Assembly: GCA_963795855.1 (NCBI GenBank)
Contig: CAWCIZ010000006.1
Coordinates: 1-64,000, forward strand
Length of the DNA: 64,000 nucleotides
Reading direction: 5' to 3'
Origin: Vulcanimicrobiota bacterium
GTDB taxonomy: Bacteria > Vulcanimicrobiota > Vulcanimicrobiia > Vulcanimicrobiales > Vulcanimicrobiaceae
The position numbers and the translations under genes were made by a program. Numbering within the stretch: position 1 is the stretch's first letter; the number at the start of each line of letters is the position of its first letter. The notes under the pieces are model-generated. The model saw only the letters and a list, made by a program, of their open reading frames with translations, made no database searches and was not told the origin of the DNA. Shown piece after piece: positions 40,363 through 52,382 of the stretch.

Positions 40363-41285
40363 CGCGTAAACGCGCCTTTCAGAAAGAACGCCAGATTCGC
40401 GGGACGCTCGGCGAGCCGCCGCATCAGATAGGGAAACCAGTACGTGCCGAACGGCGCGGCCAGGCGCACGCGATACCCGGCGCGCACCAGATCCTGCGCA
40501 AACGGCGTCGAGATGCCGTACAACATTTGAAATTCGAACCTTCCGCGTTTTGGAATATGACGGTTCTCGACCAGATCGATGACGCGTTCCACGATGCGGC
40601 GGTCGTGCGTCGCGATCGCCGTGTAGCCTTCACCTTCGAGCGCCGCTCGAACGAGGGCCACGTAGTTCGCGTCGACGTCGCGCTTCTGCGAAAAAGCAAT
40701 CGACGGCGGTTCGAGGTATGCACCCTTGACGATGCGTAGATTCGGCGCAAGCGGCTGCAGCGAACGCAAGTCGTCCATGCTGCGAAAAAGATACGACTGC
40801 AGAACCGCTCCCACGCACTGGAACTCCGAACGCAAGCGGCGATACGTTTCGAGCGTCGCGTCCACGTATCGCGACTGCTCCATGTCGAGCCGCATCGTGT
40901 TCCCCGTTTCGCTCGCCGTTTGTGCAATACGGCGCGCGTTCTGCAGGGCGAGTTCAGAGTCGATGTCCAGGCCGACGTGCGTGAGTTTGAACGCGACGTT
41001 TGCATCGATGCCTTCACGCGCGAACGTACGCAGCAGATCGCAGTACTGATCCGCCGCAGCTCGCGCTTGTTCGCGGTTCGCCACACCCTCGCCTAAAATG
41101 CCGCACGCGACCGCGAAGCCTCGCGCGTTGAGCGCCTTCGCTGCGTCCAGAAACGCCGCGGCGTCTTCGCCTGCGACGAAGCGCTTTGCGCCTAAACGAA
41201 AACCGTACCGGCTGACAACGCGCCGCACGAACGCATTGTCAGCCGCTGCGAGAATCGCCGCACGGAGCGGCCGGTCGAAAATCAC
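40359..41285 (-). CDS. Monofunctional proline dehydrogenase
   Basis: RFVAGE, LDME, VLQSYLFRS, RIVKGAYLE, ATHD, FQMLYG, YLMRRLAERP. Confidence 0.92.
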   Translation of the reverse strand: MIFDRPLRAAILAAADNAFVRRVVSRYGFRLGAKRFVAGEDAAAFLDAAKALNARGFAVACGILGEGVANREQARAAADQYCDLLRTFAREGIDANVAFKLTHVGLDIDSELALQNARRIAQTASETGNTMRLDMEQSRYVDATLETYRRLRSEFQCVGAVLQSYLFRSMDDLRSLQPLAPNLRIVKGAYLEPPSIAFSQKRDVDANYVALVRAALEGEGYTAIATHDRRIVERVIDLVENRHIPKRGRFEFQMLYGISTPFAQDLVRAGYRVRLAAPFGTYWFPYLMRRLAERPANLAFFLKGAFTR

Positions 41286-41288
41286 CCG

Positions 41289-42560
41289 TTACGGATACAA
41301 GCCGCGAAGCTTCGTTGCCTCCGCGACGCGGCTGACGGCCACAACGTAGGCACCTCGCCGCATATCGATGCTCAACCGCTGCGACTGGTCGTAGGCTTCT
41401 TTGAACGCCTTCGTCATTATACGTTTGAGCCGCTCGTTGATTTCGTCTTCTTCCCAGAAGTTTTCTTGAAGATCTTGCACCCACTCGAAGTACGAGACGG
41501 TGACGCCGCCTGCGTTCGCAAGAATGTCCGGAAGCACCATGATTCCGCGATCGAAGAGTATCTTGTCGGCCTCGGGCAGCGTCGGACCGTTCGCCGCTTC
41601 CGCCACGATTTTTGCGCGGATGCGCGGCGCGTTTTCCGCCGTAATGACTTTTTCGAGCGCCGCGGGCACCAAGACCTCGCAGTCGTACTCCAGCACGTCC
41701 TTGTTCGGGATGCGCTCGCCGCCCGTAAAGCCGACGACCGATCCCGTTTCGGTTTTGTGCGCGATGACGCCGGCCATGTCGAGGCCCTTCGGGTTCGCCA
41801 CGCCGCCGCGAGAATCAGACACGGCGACGATGCTGTAGCCGGCTTTCTGCAGCAAATCGCCGGCATGCATGCCTGCGTTTCCGAAACCTTGAATGGCGAC
41901 GCGCGCGCCTTGCACCGGAATGCCCTGGACGCGCATCGCTTCATCGATGACGTACAAGCAGCCGCGCGCGGTCGCTTTGTCGCGTCCGAGCGATCCGCCT
42001 ATCGCGACCGGTTTGCCGGTAACGACTCCGGGAACCGAATATCCGCACTGCATCGAGTACGTGTCCATAATCCACGCCATCACTTGCGGGGTCGTGTACA
42101 CGTCGGGAGCGGGAATGTCTTTGTCGGGACCGATGATGATCGAAATTTCGCTGGTGAAGCGGCGCGTGAGGTTTTCGAGTTCCTGCATCGACATCGCCTT
42201 GGGATCGCAGATGACGCCGCCCTTGGCTCCGCCGAACGGAATGTTCACGAGCGAACATTTCCAGGTCATCCACATCGCGAGGGCCTTGACTTCGTCGAGC
42301 GACACGTCCGGGTGAAAGCGAATGCCGCCCTTAGACGGTCCGCGCGCCATGTTGTGCTGCACGCGGTAGCCCTTGAACATTCGAAAGACGCCGTTGTCCA
42401 TGCGGGCGGGAACTGAGACTTCGAGCACGCGTTTGGGTTCGCGCAAATAGCCGTGAATCGATTCGTTCAAACCGATGAGGCGAGCCACGTCGTCGAGTTG
42501 CTGCTGCGCCATCTCCCAGACGTTTTGCTCGGCCTGGACCGCAGAAATATCGAGGGTCAT
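41289..42560 (-). CDS. gdhA: Glu/Leu/Phe/Val dehydrogenase (glutamate dehydrogenase)
   Basis: GPSKGGIRFHP, GGAKGG, DIPAPD, QGFGNAG, ANAGGVTVSYFEW. Confidence 0.93.
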   Translation of the reverse strand: MTLDISAVQAEQNVWEMAQQQLDDVARLIGLNESIHGYLREPKRVLEVSVPARMDNGVFRMFKGYRVQHNMARGPSKGGIRFHPDVSLDEVKALAMWMTWKCSLVNIPFGGAKGGVICDPKAMSMQELENLTRRFTSEISIIIGPDKDIPAPDVYTTPQVMAWIMDTYSMQCGYSVPGVVTGKPVAIGGSLGRDKATARGCLYVIDEAMRVQGIPVQGARVAIQGFGNAGMHAGDLLQKAGYSIVAVSDSRGGVANPKGLDMAGVIAHKTETGSVVGFTGGERIPNKDVLEYDCEVLVPAALEKVITAENAPRIRAKIVAEAANGPTLPEADKILFDRGIMVLPDILANAGGVTVSYFEWVQDLQENFWEEDEINERLKRIMTKAFKEAYDQSQRLSIDMRRGAYVVAVSRVAEATKLRGLYP

Positions 42561-42603
42561 TGCTGAGACCTCCCTCTCGCAGAATAGCGGTCCTTATAAA
42601 ATA

Positions 42604-42637
42604 GCAAAAAAAACCGCGATGGGCGCGGAATTTTTGC
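42604..42637 (-). terminator. Intrinsic terminator
   Basis: Minus strand CCGCG-cccat-CGCGG-TTTTTTTT downstream of the kinase-cheR-Zn-finger operon. Confidence 0.7.
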
Positions 42638-42672
42638 AATGGACTTCTTAAAGCGGCAGGAGCGCCTGCCTG

Positions 42673-42906
42673 TCAGTGCGCGCAGCGGGCGCAGTACCAG
42701 ACGACCGCGCCCTCATGCGTCACCGGAACCATGTGATCGTGGCTGCCCCTGCGGCCGCATTGCGCGCACGCGTACGTCTTCGAGTACGCCGTCCCGGAGT
42801 GCGCCGCGCGGCCCCGCGTTGCGCGGTAGAGCACGATCATGACGATGACGAACGCCGTCAGCGGCGCCCAAGCGAAGACTTCGGTAATCAGTTGCGGCGA
42901 TGTCAT
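42673..42906 (-). CDS. Small membrane-anchored CxxC..CxxC protein
   Basis: TM helix then CAQC-x21-CARC; starts 6 nt downstream of the cheR stop. Confidence 0.7.
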   Translation of the reverse strand: MTSPQLITEVFAWAPLTAFVIVMIVLYRATRGRAAHSGTAYSKTYACAQCGRRGSHDHMVPVTHEGAVVWYCARCAH

Positions 42907-42912
42907 GGCGGC

Positions 42913-43785
42913 TTACCGCATACGCCGGTAAATCGGGAACACCTCGTCGATTTTGCGGAATGCGCCTTCGTGCGGCGTTGCGTGCAGCGACTCGGCGGAA
43001 CTCAAGCAAATGAAGCCGAAGCGCGTGAGGCTTTGAAGGAATAGGTTGTGCACGCGATACTGCAGCGACTTGCTGAATTGCGGCAGCACTCCGCGCGCCA
43101 CGATCGCGTGAAACTCGTTGAGCGATGCGTCCGTCGCCAAACTATGCGTCGAAAAGATGAGCTGGCGCTGCAGATTCTCTTTGAATTGGACGGTGCCGTC
43201 GCTCCAGTCGCAAAACTCGGAGATGGAGCCGTGTCCGCCGCTGAGGCGGTAGTCGTTGGCGAACTCTTCGAGCGAGTTCGCCGGATACATACCCGAACGC
43301 GCTTGCGCGAGCGCGAGATCGCTCGCATCCGTCGCGTAGATCATGCAGCGGTCGAGCAGCTTCTCCTCGCAGAGAATCGAAGCGACGGTGTAGACGTCTT
43401 CGCCGGTCGAACACGCGGGGAACCATAACCGCACGAACGAGTAGGTGCGCAAGAACGGCACGACGCGTTCCCGGATCGCGCGGAAGTACTCGGGTGCGCG
43501 GAAGAGCCTGTTCGGACTGGCCGAGAACGCGAAGACGAGCCGCCGCAGCGCCTCGTGGTCGTGCAGCACGCGTTCCTGCAGACCCGAGATAGTCTCGACG
43601 CCTTCCGCACGCATGCGCTCGGCAATGCGCCGCTTGAGCGTTGCCGGCGCGTATTCGCGGAAGTCGTAGCCGCTCCAGCGCACGATGGCCTCGAGCAGCA
43701 AGGACAGCTCGACGGCGGACCGCTCCTCGTTTCTATCGGGGAGCGGTACGCCGTTCGGAATGTCCGTGATTATCGATTCAACCAT
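42913..43785 (-). CDS. cheR: CheR-family protein-glutamate O-methyltransferase (divergent)
   Basis: [36 protein letters not shown]. Confidence 0.85.
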   Translation of the reverse strand: MVESIITDIPNGVPLPDRNEERSAVELSLLLEAIVRWSGYDFREYAPATLKRRIAERMRAEGVETISGLQERVLHDHEALRRLVFAFSASPNRLFRAPEYFRAIRERVVPFLRTYSFVRLWFPACSTGEDVYTVASILCEEKLLDRCMIYATDASDLALAQARSGMYPANSLEEFANDYRLSGGHGSISEFCDWSDGTVQFKENLQRQLIFSTHSLATDASLNEFHAIVARGVLPQFSKSLQYRVHNLFLQSLTRFGFICLSSAESLHATPHEGAFRKIDEVFPIYRRMR

Positions 43786-46700
43786 GCACGTAACAGCGAG
43801 ATCAACTGATCGATGTCGACCGGCTTACTGATGTATTCGGACGCGCCGGCCGCGATGCAGCTTTCGCGGTCGCCCTTCATGGCTTTTGCCGTGAGAGCGA
43901 TGATGGGCAGATCCTTGTAGCCCAGCTTCTGACGAATGCGCCGGATCGTCTCGTATCCGTCCATCTCCGGCATCATGATGTCCATGAGCACCAAGTCGAC
44001 GTCGGGGTTGCTCATGAGTTTTTCGATGCCTTCGCGTCCGCTTTCGGCGCTCACGACGTGCATGCGATGCCCCTCGAGCGCCGCGGCAAGCGCGAAGATG
44101 TTGCGCGAGTCGTCGTCGACGATGAGCACCGTGCGGCCTTCGAGCGACCCCGTGCCGAGCGGCGGGATCTCTATAGCGCGCTTCGCTGCGGGAAGCCGTG
44201 CTTCGACCTGATGTAAGAAGAAGCGCGTCTCGTCGAGCAGACGCTCCGGCGACATTGCGTCCTTCACGATGACCGCCTCGGTGAGTTTGGTGAGCTTCGA
44301 TTCCTCCTGCTTGTCGAGTTCGCGGCCCGTGTACACGATCACCGGCGTACGCGCGTGATTGCGCTGCATGCGAATCCGTTCGATGAGTTCGTCGCCGCCG
44401 ACGTCGGGTAATCCGAGATCGACGACGATGCAGTCGAACTTGGCGTTTTGCAGCGCCTCGAGCGCTTCGGCGCCCGTTCTCACCGCGGTAATCTGCACTT
44501 CGCCGCTGCTTATCAGGTTGACCATCGCGTTGAGTTGCGTGAGGTCGTCCTCGATGACCAGCAGATGTTTGGTGCTTCGATCCGCGAAGCCGAGCAGGTT
44601 GTCGAAGGTTTCGGTGAGCGCCTCTTCCGTGACCGGCTTGCGAAGGTGCGCGATCGCGCCCGAGTCGAGCGCGCGCTGCCACTGCTCCTCGCCGGAGATG
44701 ACGTGAATCGGAATGTTGCCGGTATTCGGGTCGTTCTTGATTTCCGCCAGCAGATTCCAGCCGTCGACGTCGGGCAATCCGATGTCGAGTGTGATGGCGT
44801 CCGGCAGATATTTCCGGGCAAATTCCAAGCCTTCCGAGCCCTTGAGCGCCACGATGCCCTTGAAGCCGCGATCGCGGGCGAGCCCCAAGAGAATGCGCGC
44901 AAAGATCGCGTCGTCCTCGATGATGAGCAAGACGCGATCGGTGCTTTCGATGCTTTGACGATCGTCGTGAATGACGTCGAGTCCGTGCGGGAGATCTTCG
45001 AGCTGGCTGGGAACGGCTTCGCGACGAATCGTCCGGCCTTCCGGAACCATGTTGCGAATGGCCGACGGCGTGATGTTGCGCTCGAGCGGATGGAACAGCG
45101 TGAACGTGCTGCCCTCGCCGAGCGAACTTTCGACGCCGATTTCGCCGCCGAGCAGACCCGCGATTTCGCGGCTGATCGCCAGGCCGAGCCCGGTGCCGCC
45201 GAATTTACGCGACGTGCCCATGTCGGCTTGCTGGAACGCTTCGAAGATGACGTTGAACTTGTCCGGCGGTATGCCGATGCCCGTATCGGACACGGAGAAC
45301 GCGATCGCAGGACCTTGGACCGACGAGAGATGGTGCTCGCGATGCAGCGAGATGTCGAGCGTGACGCGGCCCTCGCTCGTGAACTTGAACGCGTTCGAAA
45401 GCAGGTTCTTGAGGATCTGCTGCAGACGCGTCGGGTCGGTGAGGAGATTCTCCGGGACGTCTTCGTGACGCCGGATGATGAACTCCAGGCCCTTGTCTTG
45501 GGCGATTTGATCGAACGTGCGGACGACGTCGTCCTCGATCGTTTCGAACGGAATCTCCTGCAGATCGATGGACGTCGTGCCGGATTCGATCTTCGAGAGG
45601 TCGAGGATGTCGTTGATGAGCGTGAGCAAGTCGGTACCCGCAGCGCGAATCGTCTGCGCGAACTCGATTTGCTTGGGCGTCATGTTCCCTTCGGGGTTGT
45701 CCGCGAGCTGCTTGGACAAGATCAGCAGCGAGTTGAGCGGCGTGCGCAACTCGTGCGACATGTTTGCAAGGAACTGCGACTTGTACTTCGAGGTGAGCGC
45801 GAGCTGCTCGGCCTTCTTCTCGAGTTCTTGGCGCGCTTCGTCGATTTCGCGCGTGCGGCGCTCGATTTCTTCGTTGCGTTCCTGCAGCAATCGAGCCTTT
45901 TCTTCGAGTTCGTCGTTCGTTTGCTGCAGTTCCATCTGCTGGCTCTGCAACTCGTTCGTGAGCGCCTGCGACTGCTTGAGCAGTTCTTCCGTACGCATCG
46001 AGGCGGCGATGGTGTTGAGAATGACGCCGATCGATTCGGTGAGCTGATCGAAGAATTGCAACTGGATTTCGCTGAACCGCTCGAGCGAGGCCAGCTCGAT
46101 GACGGCTTTCACGTCGCCTTCGAAGAGCACCGGCAGAACGATGAGCGCGAGCGGCTTGCTCTCTCCAAGCCCCGATGCGACGCTCATGTAATCGGCGGGC
46201 ACCTCCTCGAGCAGAACGCGGTGCTTCTCGACGACGACTTGGCCGACGAGGCCTTCGCCCTCGCGAATGGTTCGCTGCGCCGCTTTCTTGCGGTTGAGCG
46301 CGTAACTGGCGACCAGACGCAGCATCTGCTGCTCGCCGATGGGCTCGTTCAGATAGAACGCGCCGGCATGCGCGTTGACCAACGGTGCGATCTCCGACAT
46401 GATCAGACGGCTGACCGTCTTGATGTCGCGCTGACCTTGCAGCATGGCCGTGAAGCGCGCGAGATTGGTCTTGAGCCAGTCCTGTTCGGTGTTCTTGCGC
46501 GTCGTGTCGCGCAGGTTTTGAATCATTTCGTTGACGTTGCGCGTCAACTCCGCGACTTCGCCGCGCGCTTCGACTTCTACCGCGCGTGAGAGGTCGCCCT
46601 TCGTCACGGCCGTCGCGACTTCACCGATTGCGCGAATCTGCGAGGTCAGCTGCGCGGCGAGCTGGTTGACGGAGTCCGTCAGGTCGCGCCACAAACCGGC

Positions 46701-49502
46701 GGCGCCGGGAACCTCGGCTTGACCGCCGAGCTTTCCTTCGAAACCGACTTCGCGCGCAACGGTCGTAACCTGGTCGGCGAACGTTGCGAGCGTGTCGATC
46801 ATGAAGTTGATCGTGTCCGCGAGTTGCGCGATTTCGCCCTTCGCTTCAAGCGTGAGTTTACGCTTGAGGTCGCCGTTGGCGACGCCGGTGACGACCTGCG
46901 CGATGCCGCGCACTTGGTTCGTCAGGTTCGCCGCCATGGAGTTGACGTTGTCCGTGAGGTCTTTCCACGTTCCGGAAACGCCCGGGACCTGCGCCTGGCC
47001 GCCCAGTTTACCTTCGGACCCGACTTCGCGCGCGACGCGCGTGACTTCGCCGGCGAACGCGTTGAGCTGGTCGACCATCGTGTTGATCGTGTCTTTGAGT
47101 TCGAGAATTTCGCCGCGAACGTCGACGGTGATCTTCTTCGAAAGGTCGCCCAGCGCGACGGCGGTGGTGACCTTCGCGATGTTACGCACCTGAGAGGTCA
47201 GGTTCGAGGCCATCGTGTTCACGGACTCCGTGAGGTCTTTCCACGTGCCTGCAACGCCGCGCACGAACGCCTGGCCGCCGAGGCGCCCTTCCGAACCGAC
47301 TTCGCGAGCGACGCGCGTGACTTCGGAGGCAAACGCGTTCAGCTGGTCGACCATCGTGTTGATCGTGTTCTTCAACTCGAGAATTTCGCCGCGAACGTCG
47401 ACGGTGATCTTTTTCGAAAGGTCGCCGTTTGCGACGGCCGTGGTGACTTCGGCGATGTTGCGGACCTGGTTGGTGAGGTTCGACGCCATCGTGTTGACCG
47501 AGTCCGTCAAATCTTTCCACGTGCCGGAAACGCCCGTGACCTCGGCCTGACCGCCCAGTTTACCTTCGGAGCCCACTTCGCGCGCGACGCGCGTGACTTC
47601 GCCGGCGAACGAGTTGAGCTGGTCGACCATGACGTTGATCGTGTTTTTGAGTTCGAGAATTTCGCCGCGAACGTCGACGGTGATCTTCTTCGAAAGGTCG
47701 CCTTTCGCGACGGCCGTGGTTACTTCGGCGATGTTTCGAACCTGAGACGTCAGGTTCGATGCCATGAAGTTCACGGATTCGGTCAAGTCGCGCCACGTGC
47801 CCGAAACGCCGGCGACCTGTGCCTGACCGCCCAGTTTACCTTCCGAACCAACTTCGCGCGCGACGCGCGTGACTTCGGATGCGAACGCGTTCAACTGGTC
47901 GACCATCGTATTGATGGTGTTCTTGAGTTCGAGAATTTCGCCGCGCACGTCGACGGTGATCTTACGCGAGAGGTCGCCCTTTGCGACGGCGGTCGTAACG
48001 TCGGCAATGTTACGCACTTGGTCCGTGAGGTTGCCGGCCATCGTGTTGACGGAGTCCGTCAGGTCTTTCCACGTGCCCGAAACGCCCGGAACCTTTGCCT
48101 GTCCGCCCAGTTTGCCTTCGGAGCCGACTTCGCGCGCGACGCGCGTGACTTCCCCCGCGAACGAGTTGAGCTGGTCGACCATCGTGTTGATCGTGTTCTT
48201 CAACTCGAGGATTTCGCCGCGAACGTTAACCGTGATCTTCTTCGAAAGGTCGCCCTTCGCGACGGCGGTCGTCACCTCGGCGATGTTACGAACTTGAGAC
48301 GTCAGGTTCGCGGCCATGAAGTTCACGGATTCCGTGAGGTCGCGCCACGTGCCCGAGACGCCGGCGACCTGCGCTTGTCCGCCGAGAATACCTTCGGAGC
48401 CGACTTCGCGCGCCACGCGCGTGACTTCGCCGGCGAACGAGTTGAGCTGGTCGACCATGACGTTGATCGTGTTTTTGAGTTCGAGGATTTCACCGCGAAC
48501 GTCGACGGTGATCTTCTTCGAGAGGTCGCCCTTTGCGACGGCCGTCGTCACTTCGGCGATGTTACGAACTTGAGAGGTGAGGTTCGACGCCATGAAGTTC
48601 ACGGATTCCGTGAGGTCTTTCCACGTGCCCGAAACGCCGGCGACCTCCGCCTGGCCGCCGAGTTTGCCTTCGGAGCCGACTTCGCGCGCGACGCGCGTGA
48701 CTTCGCCGGCGAACGAGTTGAGCTGATCGACCATCGTGTTGATGGTGTTCTTGAGTTCGAGAATCTCGCCGCGCGCTTCGACCGTAATCTTGCGCGAGAG
48801 GTCGCCTTTCGCGACGGCCGTCGTAACATCGGCGATGTTACGCACCTGAGACGTCAGGTTCGACGCCATCGTGTTGACGGAGTCCGTCAAATCTTTCCAC
48901 GTGCCGGCGACGCCTTTGACGCTGGCCTGACCGCCCAGTTTACCTTCGCTGCCGACTTCGCGAGCCACGCGCGTGACTTCAGACGCGAACGCGTTCAGCT
49001 GGTCGACCATGGCGTTGATGACCTTCGCGGACTTCAAGAAGTCGCCGCGAAGCGCGTGACCTTCGATTTCGACGGTCATGCGCTGCGAGAGATCGCCCTG
49101 CGCGACGGCCGCGAGAACGCGGTTCGTTTCCGCCATCGGTGCGGCGACCGTTTCGATCAGCGAGTTGTACGCCTCAATTTGTTCTTGCCAACCGCCGCTC
49201 GCGCCATCGAACGAGGCGCGCAGCGAAAGGCGCCCGTCGCGAGAGATCGATCGGCTGACGCGTTTGATTTCGCCGAGCATGCGCGTGTTGGTTTCCAACA
49301 CCTCATTGAACGCTTGCGCAATCTCCGCTTCCGTGCCGCTGCCTTTTACGGGCAGACGTACGGAGAAGTCGCCGCTGCGAAACGATCGCAGTGCGTTCAG
49401 CAGGCGTCTTTCGCCTGCGGTGATGGAATGGGTAAGGTCGCCGTTCGTATGAGACGCGGCACCATTACCCTCGGCGGTTTTCTTGGCCGTTGTCGAAGGC
49501 AT
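43770..49502 (-). CDS. Cytoplasmic poly-HAMP hybrid histidine kinase (HAMP array-GAF-HisKA-HATPase-3x REC)
   Basis: Repeated [22 protein letters not shown]; three receiver domains. Confidence 0.95.
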   Translation of the reverse strand: MPSTTAKKTAEGNGAASHTNGDLTHSITAGERRLLNALRSFRSGDFSVRLPVKGSGTEAEIAQAFNEVLETNTRMLGEIKRVSRSISRDGRLSLRASFDGASGGWQEQIEAYNSLIETVAAPMAETNRVLAAVAQGDLSQRMTVEIEGHALRGDFLKSAKVINAMVDQLNAFASEVTRVAREVGSEGKLGGQASVKGVAGTWKDLTDSVNTMASNLTSQVRNIADVTTAVAKGDLSRKITVEARGEILELKNTINTMVDQLNSFAGEVTRVAREVGSEGKLGGQAEVAGVSGTWKDLTESVNFMASNLTSQVRNIAEVTTAVAKGDLSKKITVDVRGEILELKNTINVMVDQLNSFAGEVTRVAREVGSEGILGGQAQVAGVSGTWRDLTESVNFMAANLTSQVRNIAEVTTAVAKGDLSKKITVNVRGEILELKNTINTMVDQLNSFAGEVTRVAREVGSEGKLGGQAKVPGVSGTWKDLTDSVNTMAGNLTDQVRNIADVTTAVAKGDLSRKITVDVRGEILELKNTINTMVDQLNAFASEVTRVAREVGSEGKLGGQAQVAGVSGTWRDLTESVNFMASNLTSQVRNIAEVTTAVAKGDLSKKITVDVRGEILELKNTINVMVDQLNSFAGEVTRVAREVGSEGKLGGQAEVTGVSGTWKDLTDSVNTMASNLTNQVRNIAEVTTAVANGDLSKKITVDVRGEILELKNTINTMVDQLNAFASEVTRVAREVGSEGRLGGQAFVRGVAGTWKDLTESVNTMASNLTSQVRNIAKVTTAVALGDLSKKITVDVRGEILELKDTINTMVDQLNAFAGEVTRVAREVGSEGKLGGQAQVPGVSGTWKDLTDNVNSMAANLTNQVRGIAQVVTGVANGDLKRKLTLEAKGEIAQLADTINFMIDTLATFADQVTTVAREVGFEGKLGGQAEVPGAAGLWRDLTDSVNQLAAQLTSQIRAIGEVATAVTKGDLSRAVEVEARGEVAELTRNVNEMIQNLRDTTRKNTEQDWLKTNLARFTAMLQGQRDIKTVSRLIMSEIAPLVNAHAGAFYLNEPIGEQQMLRLVASYALNRKKAAQRTIREGEGLVGQVVVEKHRVLLEEVPADYMSVASGLGESKPLALIVLPVLFEGDVKAVIELASLERFSEIQLQFFDQLTESIGVILNTIAASMRTEELLKQSQALTNELQSQQMELQQTNDELEEKARLLQERNEEIERRTREIDEARQELEKKAEQLALTSKYKSQFLANMSHELRTPLNSLLILSKQLADNPEGNMTPKQIEFAQTIRAAGTDLLTLINDILDLSKIESGTTSIDLQEIPFETIEDDVVRTFDQIAQDKGLEFIIRRHEDVPENLLTDPTRLQQILKNLLSNAFKFTSEGRVTLDISLHREHHLSSVQGPAIAFSVSDTGIGIPPDKFNVIFEAFQQADMGTSRKFGGTGLGLAISREIAGLLGGEIGVESSLGEGSTFTLFHPLERNITPSAIRNMVPEGRTIRREAVPSQLEDLPHGLDVIHDDRQSIESTDRVLLIIEDDAIFARILLGLARDRGFKGIVALKGSEGLEFARKYLPDAITLDIGLPDVDGWNLLAEIKNDPNTGNIPIHVISGEEQWQRALDSGAIAHLRKPVTEEALTETFDNLLGFADRSTKHLLVIEDDLTQLNAMVNLISSGEVQITAVRTGAEALEALQNAKFDCIVVDLGLPDVGGDELIERIRMQRNHARTPVIVYTGRELDKQEESKLTKLTEAVIVKDAMSPERLLDETRFFLHQVEARLPAAKRAIEIPPLGTGSLEGRTVLIVDDDSRNIFALAAALEGHRMHVVSAESGREGIEKLMSNPDVDLVLMDIMMPEMDGYETIRRIRQKLGYKDLPIIALTAKAMKGDRESCIAAGASEYISKPVDIDQLISLLRAWLNR
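46560..49260 (-). repeat. 276-bp (92-aa) HAMP repeat array, ~9 conserved units plus a degenerate unit
   Basis: Nine VT(R/T)VAREVG..GGQA units at 92-aa spacing. Confidence 0.9.
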
Positions 49503-49541
49503 AAAAAGAAAGCTCCCTGGGCTGAGGGTTGCTACTTCCTC

Positions 49542-49607
49542 ATTTCCAAATCGTATCATTGCCAAACCGGGGCTCGCTAGGTTTAGCAAGCGGGCCTCGG
49601 GGGGCAC
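49542..49607. promoter_or_regulatory. Divergent pair of SigB-like promoters
   Basis: Minus strand GTTT(49567-64)-N16-GGAAAT(49547-42) before the kinase; plus strand GTTT(49581-84)-N17-GGGCAC before the SpoIIE gene. Confidence 0.55.
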
Positions 49608-49637
49608 AACGCATAAGAATGGTCGTCGGACATTGTC

Positions 49638-51184
49638 ATGCCCATGGTTGAGCCTGGCGCAATACGCCGTATCGACGCTCTCGATTTGCTTGCCGAGGCG
49701 AGCGCGCTTCTTGCACGCTCGTTCAATCTGTCAGCAACGTTACCGCTCGTGGCCGATTTGTGCATTCGCCGGTTCGCCGATTATTGCGCGATTCACGCCC
49801 GAATGGACGACGGCGGCGTCTCTCTCGTGGAGGCCTCCCGCGATCCCGGCTTTCATGCGCCCATAGGCGATCCGGACATCATGCCCGACGTCCTTCGCGA
49901 ACACGGCTTCGAGGCAGTCGTTGCCGCCCCGCTCGTCGGACGCCGCGGCTCACTCGGCATTTTCGTCGTCGCCTCGCATTCGCGTTCCGCGTTCAACGGC
50001 ACGGCGCAAAAACTGGCCAACGTGCTGGCGTTGCAACTTGCCGGCGCGATGGAACAGGCGATGCTGTTCGAGCGCACGTTCCGCGTCGCGGATCGCCTGC
50101 AGCGAGCGCTGCTCCCGGAACAGCTTTCCCAGACCCGCCGGAACTGAATTTCATGCCGCGTACCGCCCCGCCAGCGACGAGGCCGAGATCGGCGGCGATT
50201 GGTACGACGCCTTCCCGCTTCCCGACGGGCGCATCGCCGTTTCGATGGGCGACGTCGCCGGTCACGGCCTGGAAGCGGCGACCGTCATGGGCGAAATTCG
50301 CCAAGCGATGCGCACGGCCGCGGTTGGAGAGCATTCGGCAGCCGCGGTTCTGGAGCACATCAACAGCGTCATCAATCTTCGGAAAAGTATTGGTATGGTG
50401 ACCGCGATCTTCGGTTACTACAAACCGAAACTTCGCGAACTGAGCGTATGCGGTCGCCGGGCACCCGCCCCCAATCGTCACCATCGAAAACGGTTTCAGC
50501 GGATTCTTGCCGGGGGGCGGCATGCCGCTCGGCGTCGAGTCCCATATCAAAGCCACCGACTGGACCATCACGCTTCCGCCGCGCAGCTGCGTCATATTCT
50601 ACACGGACGGCATGACCGAATATTCGCGCGACGTCATCGCCGGTGAAAGCAAACTCCTCGAGTCCAGCGTGCGCGCTTTCGAAGCGGACCCCGAGAATCC
50701 GGCGATCGCGCTGCAGGAGCGCATCTTCGATGCGACGGTCAATCGCGACGACGCGGCAACGCTCACGCTTTCCTGCGAGAGCGGGCCGCTGCCCGAAGAA
50801 CTGCGCTTCTCCGCGCTGCCGCTCGTGGCTCCGATCGCGCGTTCATTCCTGCACCGGCTGTGCGACGAATACGCGCTCACGAGCGCTCAGCGCTTCTCGC
50901 TGATCACCGCAGTCGGTGAAGCCGTCGCGAATTCGGTGGAACACGCCTATCGCGGCGAGCCGGTGGGCGACCTCGTCATGCGCACGCACGTCGACAACGA
51001 AACGATCAGCGTCGAAGTCGAAGACCATGGGCGCTGGCGTCCGTTTCAGCGCCGCGACGAACGCGGCCGGGGCATCGTGCTGATGCACGAACTGATGGAT
51101 CACGTGCGGATCACGTCCGCTCAGAACAAAACGATGATCCGGCTCGTTATGAATCGAACCGCCGAAGAACGACCGCAGCATTAA
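49638..51184 (+). CDS. GAF-PP2C(SpoIIE/RsbU)-RsbW-like ATPase fusion (apparent +1 frameshifts ~50135 and ~50446)
   Basis: [56 protein letters not shown]. Confidence 0.88.
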
Positions 51185-52382
51185 GCCCGCCGAATCCTGA
51201 CGAGTTCGAAAGCACCACGCGCGATGCGATGCACCGTTCGGTGTTGCGGCAATCGACGCCGCACGCGCCGTCACGCTGCTCGAGGTTCACGGCCCCCGGG
51301 ATGACTTCGTCGCGCATGCTGAGCAGCGCGATCGCCATCTCCCACGCGCCGGTCGCGCCGAGCGCGTGGCCGTGCTGTCCCTTCGTCGCGCACACGGGAA
51401 TCGACGCGAGCCGCTCGCCGAATACGCGGCGGTAAGCGCGGGCTTCCGCCGCGTCGCCCAGCTTCGTCGACGATCCATGCGCGTTTATCGCTTCGACTTC
51501 ATCCGGATGCACGCACGCATCGTCGAGCGCGCGGTGCATCGCAGCCGCAGTCTGTTCGCCGTCCGCCAGCGGCGCAGACATGTGAAACGCGTCGTTGGAT
51601 GCGCCGTATCCGGCGATCTCGCCGTAGATGCGCGCGCCGCGCGCACGCGCCTCGTCGTATCGCTCGAGCATCAGCATTCCGGCGCCTTCGGCCATCACGA
51701 AACCGTCGCGCGCTTCGTCGAACGGACGGCTCGCGCGCTGCGGATCGTCGTTTCGCGCGGACATTGCGCGCGCGACGGTGAACGCGCCGTACGTGAGCGG
51801 CGCAAGCGGCGCTTCGACGCCGCCGGCCAGCGCCGCGCGCACTTCCCCGCGCCGGACCGCGCGAAACGCGTCGCCGATCGCCATCGCGCCGGCCGCGCAC
51901 GAGTTCGCGTTCGCCGTCGCCGGGCCCGTGATTCCGAATTCGATCGCGACGTTGCTCGCTGCCGCTCCGCCGAAAACCGAAATGGCCAGGAGCGGGTGCA
52001 CCGCGCGCAAACCTTGCGCGGCGAACACGTTCATCTGCTCTTCCGCCAGCGCCACGCCGCCGAGTGCCGAACCGGTAAAGACGCCGGTTTCGTTGCGCCG
52101 ATCGCCGACGGGAAACGCCGCATCGTCGACGGCCAATCGCGCCGCCGCGAGCGCGAGTTGTGAAAAGCGGTCGGTCCACTGAATGCGCCTGCGCGCGAGA
52201 AATGCGGCCGGATCGAAGTCGTCGATCTGCGCGGCGATGCGTGACGGAAACTCGCCGGCGTCGAAACGCGTAAGCGGCGCGACCGCGACGCGGCGCGATA
52301 ACACGCCTTGCCAAAGTTCTTCCGCGCCGATTCCGAGCGGCGTAATCATGCCCAGGCCCGTGACCGCGACGCGGTGATTCAC
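51147..52382 (-). CDS. Beta-ketoacyl synthase (FabF/KAS II-like)
   Basis: RVAVTGLG, NSCAAG (Cys), NAHGSST (His), KGQHGHALGA (His), NSSGFGG. Confidence 0.9.
   Translation of the reverse strand: MNHRVAVTGLGMITPLGIGAEELWQGVLSRRVAVAPLTRFDAGEFPSRIAAQIDDFDPAAFLARRRIQWTDRFSQLALAAARLAVDDAAFPVGDRRNETGVFTGSALGGVALAEEQMNVFAAQGLRAVHPLLAISVFGGAAASNVAIEFGITGPATANANSCAAGAMAIGDAFRAVRRGEVRAALAGGVEAPLAPLTYGAFTVARAMSARNDDPQRASRPFDEARDGFVMAEGAGMLMLERYDEARARGARIYGEIAGYGASNDAFHMSAPLADGEQTAAAMHRALDDACVHPDEVEAINAHGSSTKLGDAAEARAYRRVFGERLASIPVCATKGQHGHALGATGAWEMAIALLSMRDEVIPGAVNLEQRDGACGVDCRNTERCIASRVVLSNSSGFGGLNAAVVLRRFDS

Noticed and set aside
46719..49580. 953-aa plus-strand ORF and other long antisense ORFs (e.g. 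44448-46589, 55268-56890, 61789-63384)
   Set aside because: Antisense shadows of well-supported genes in high-GC DNA.
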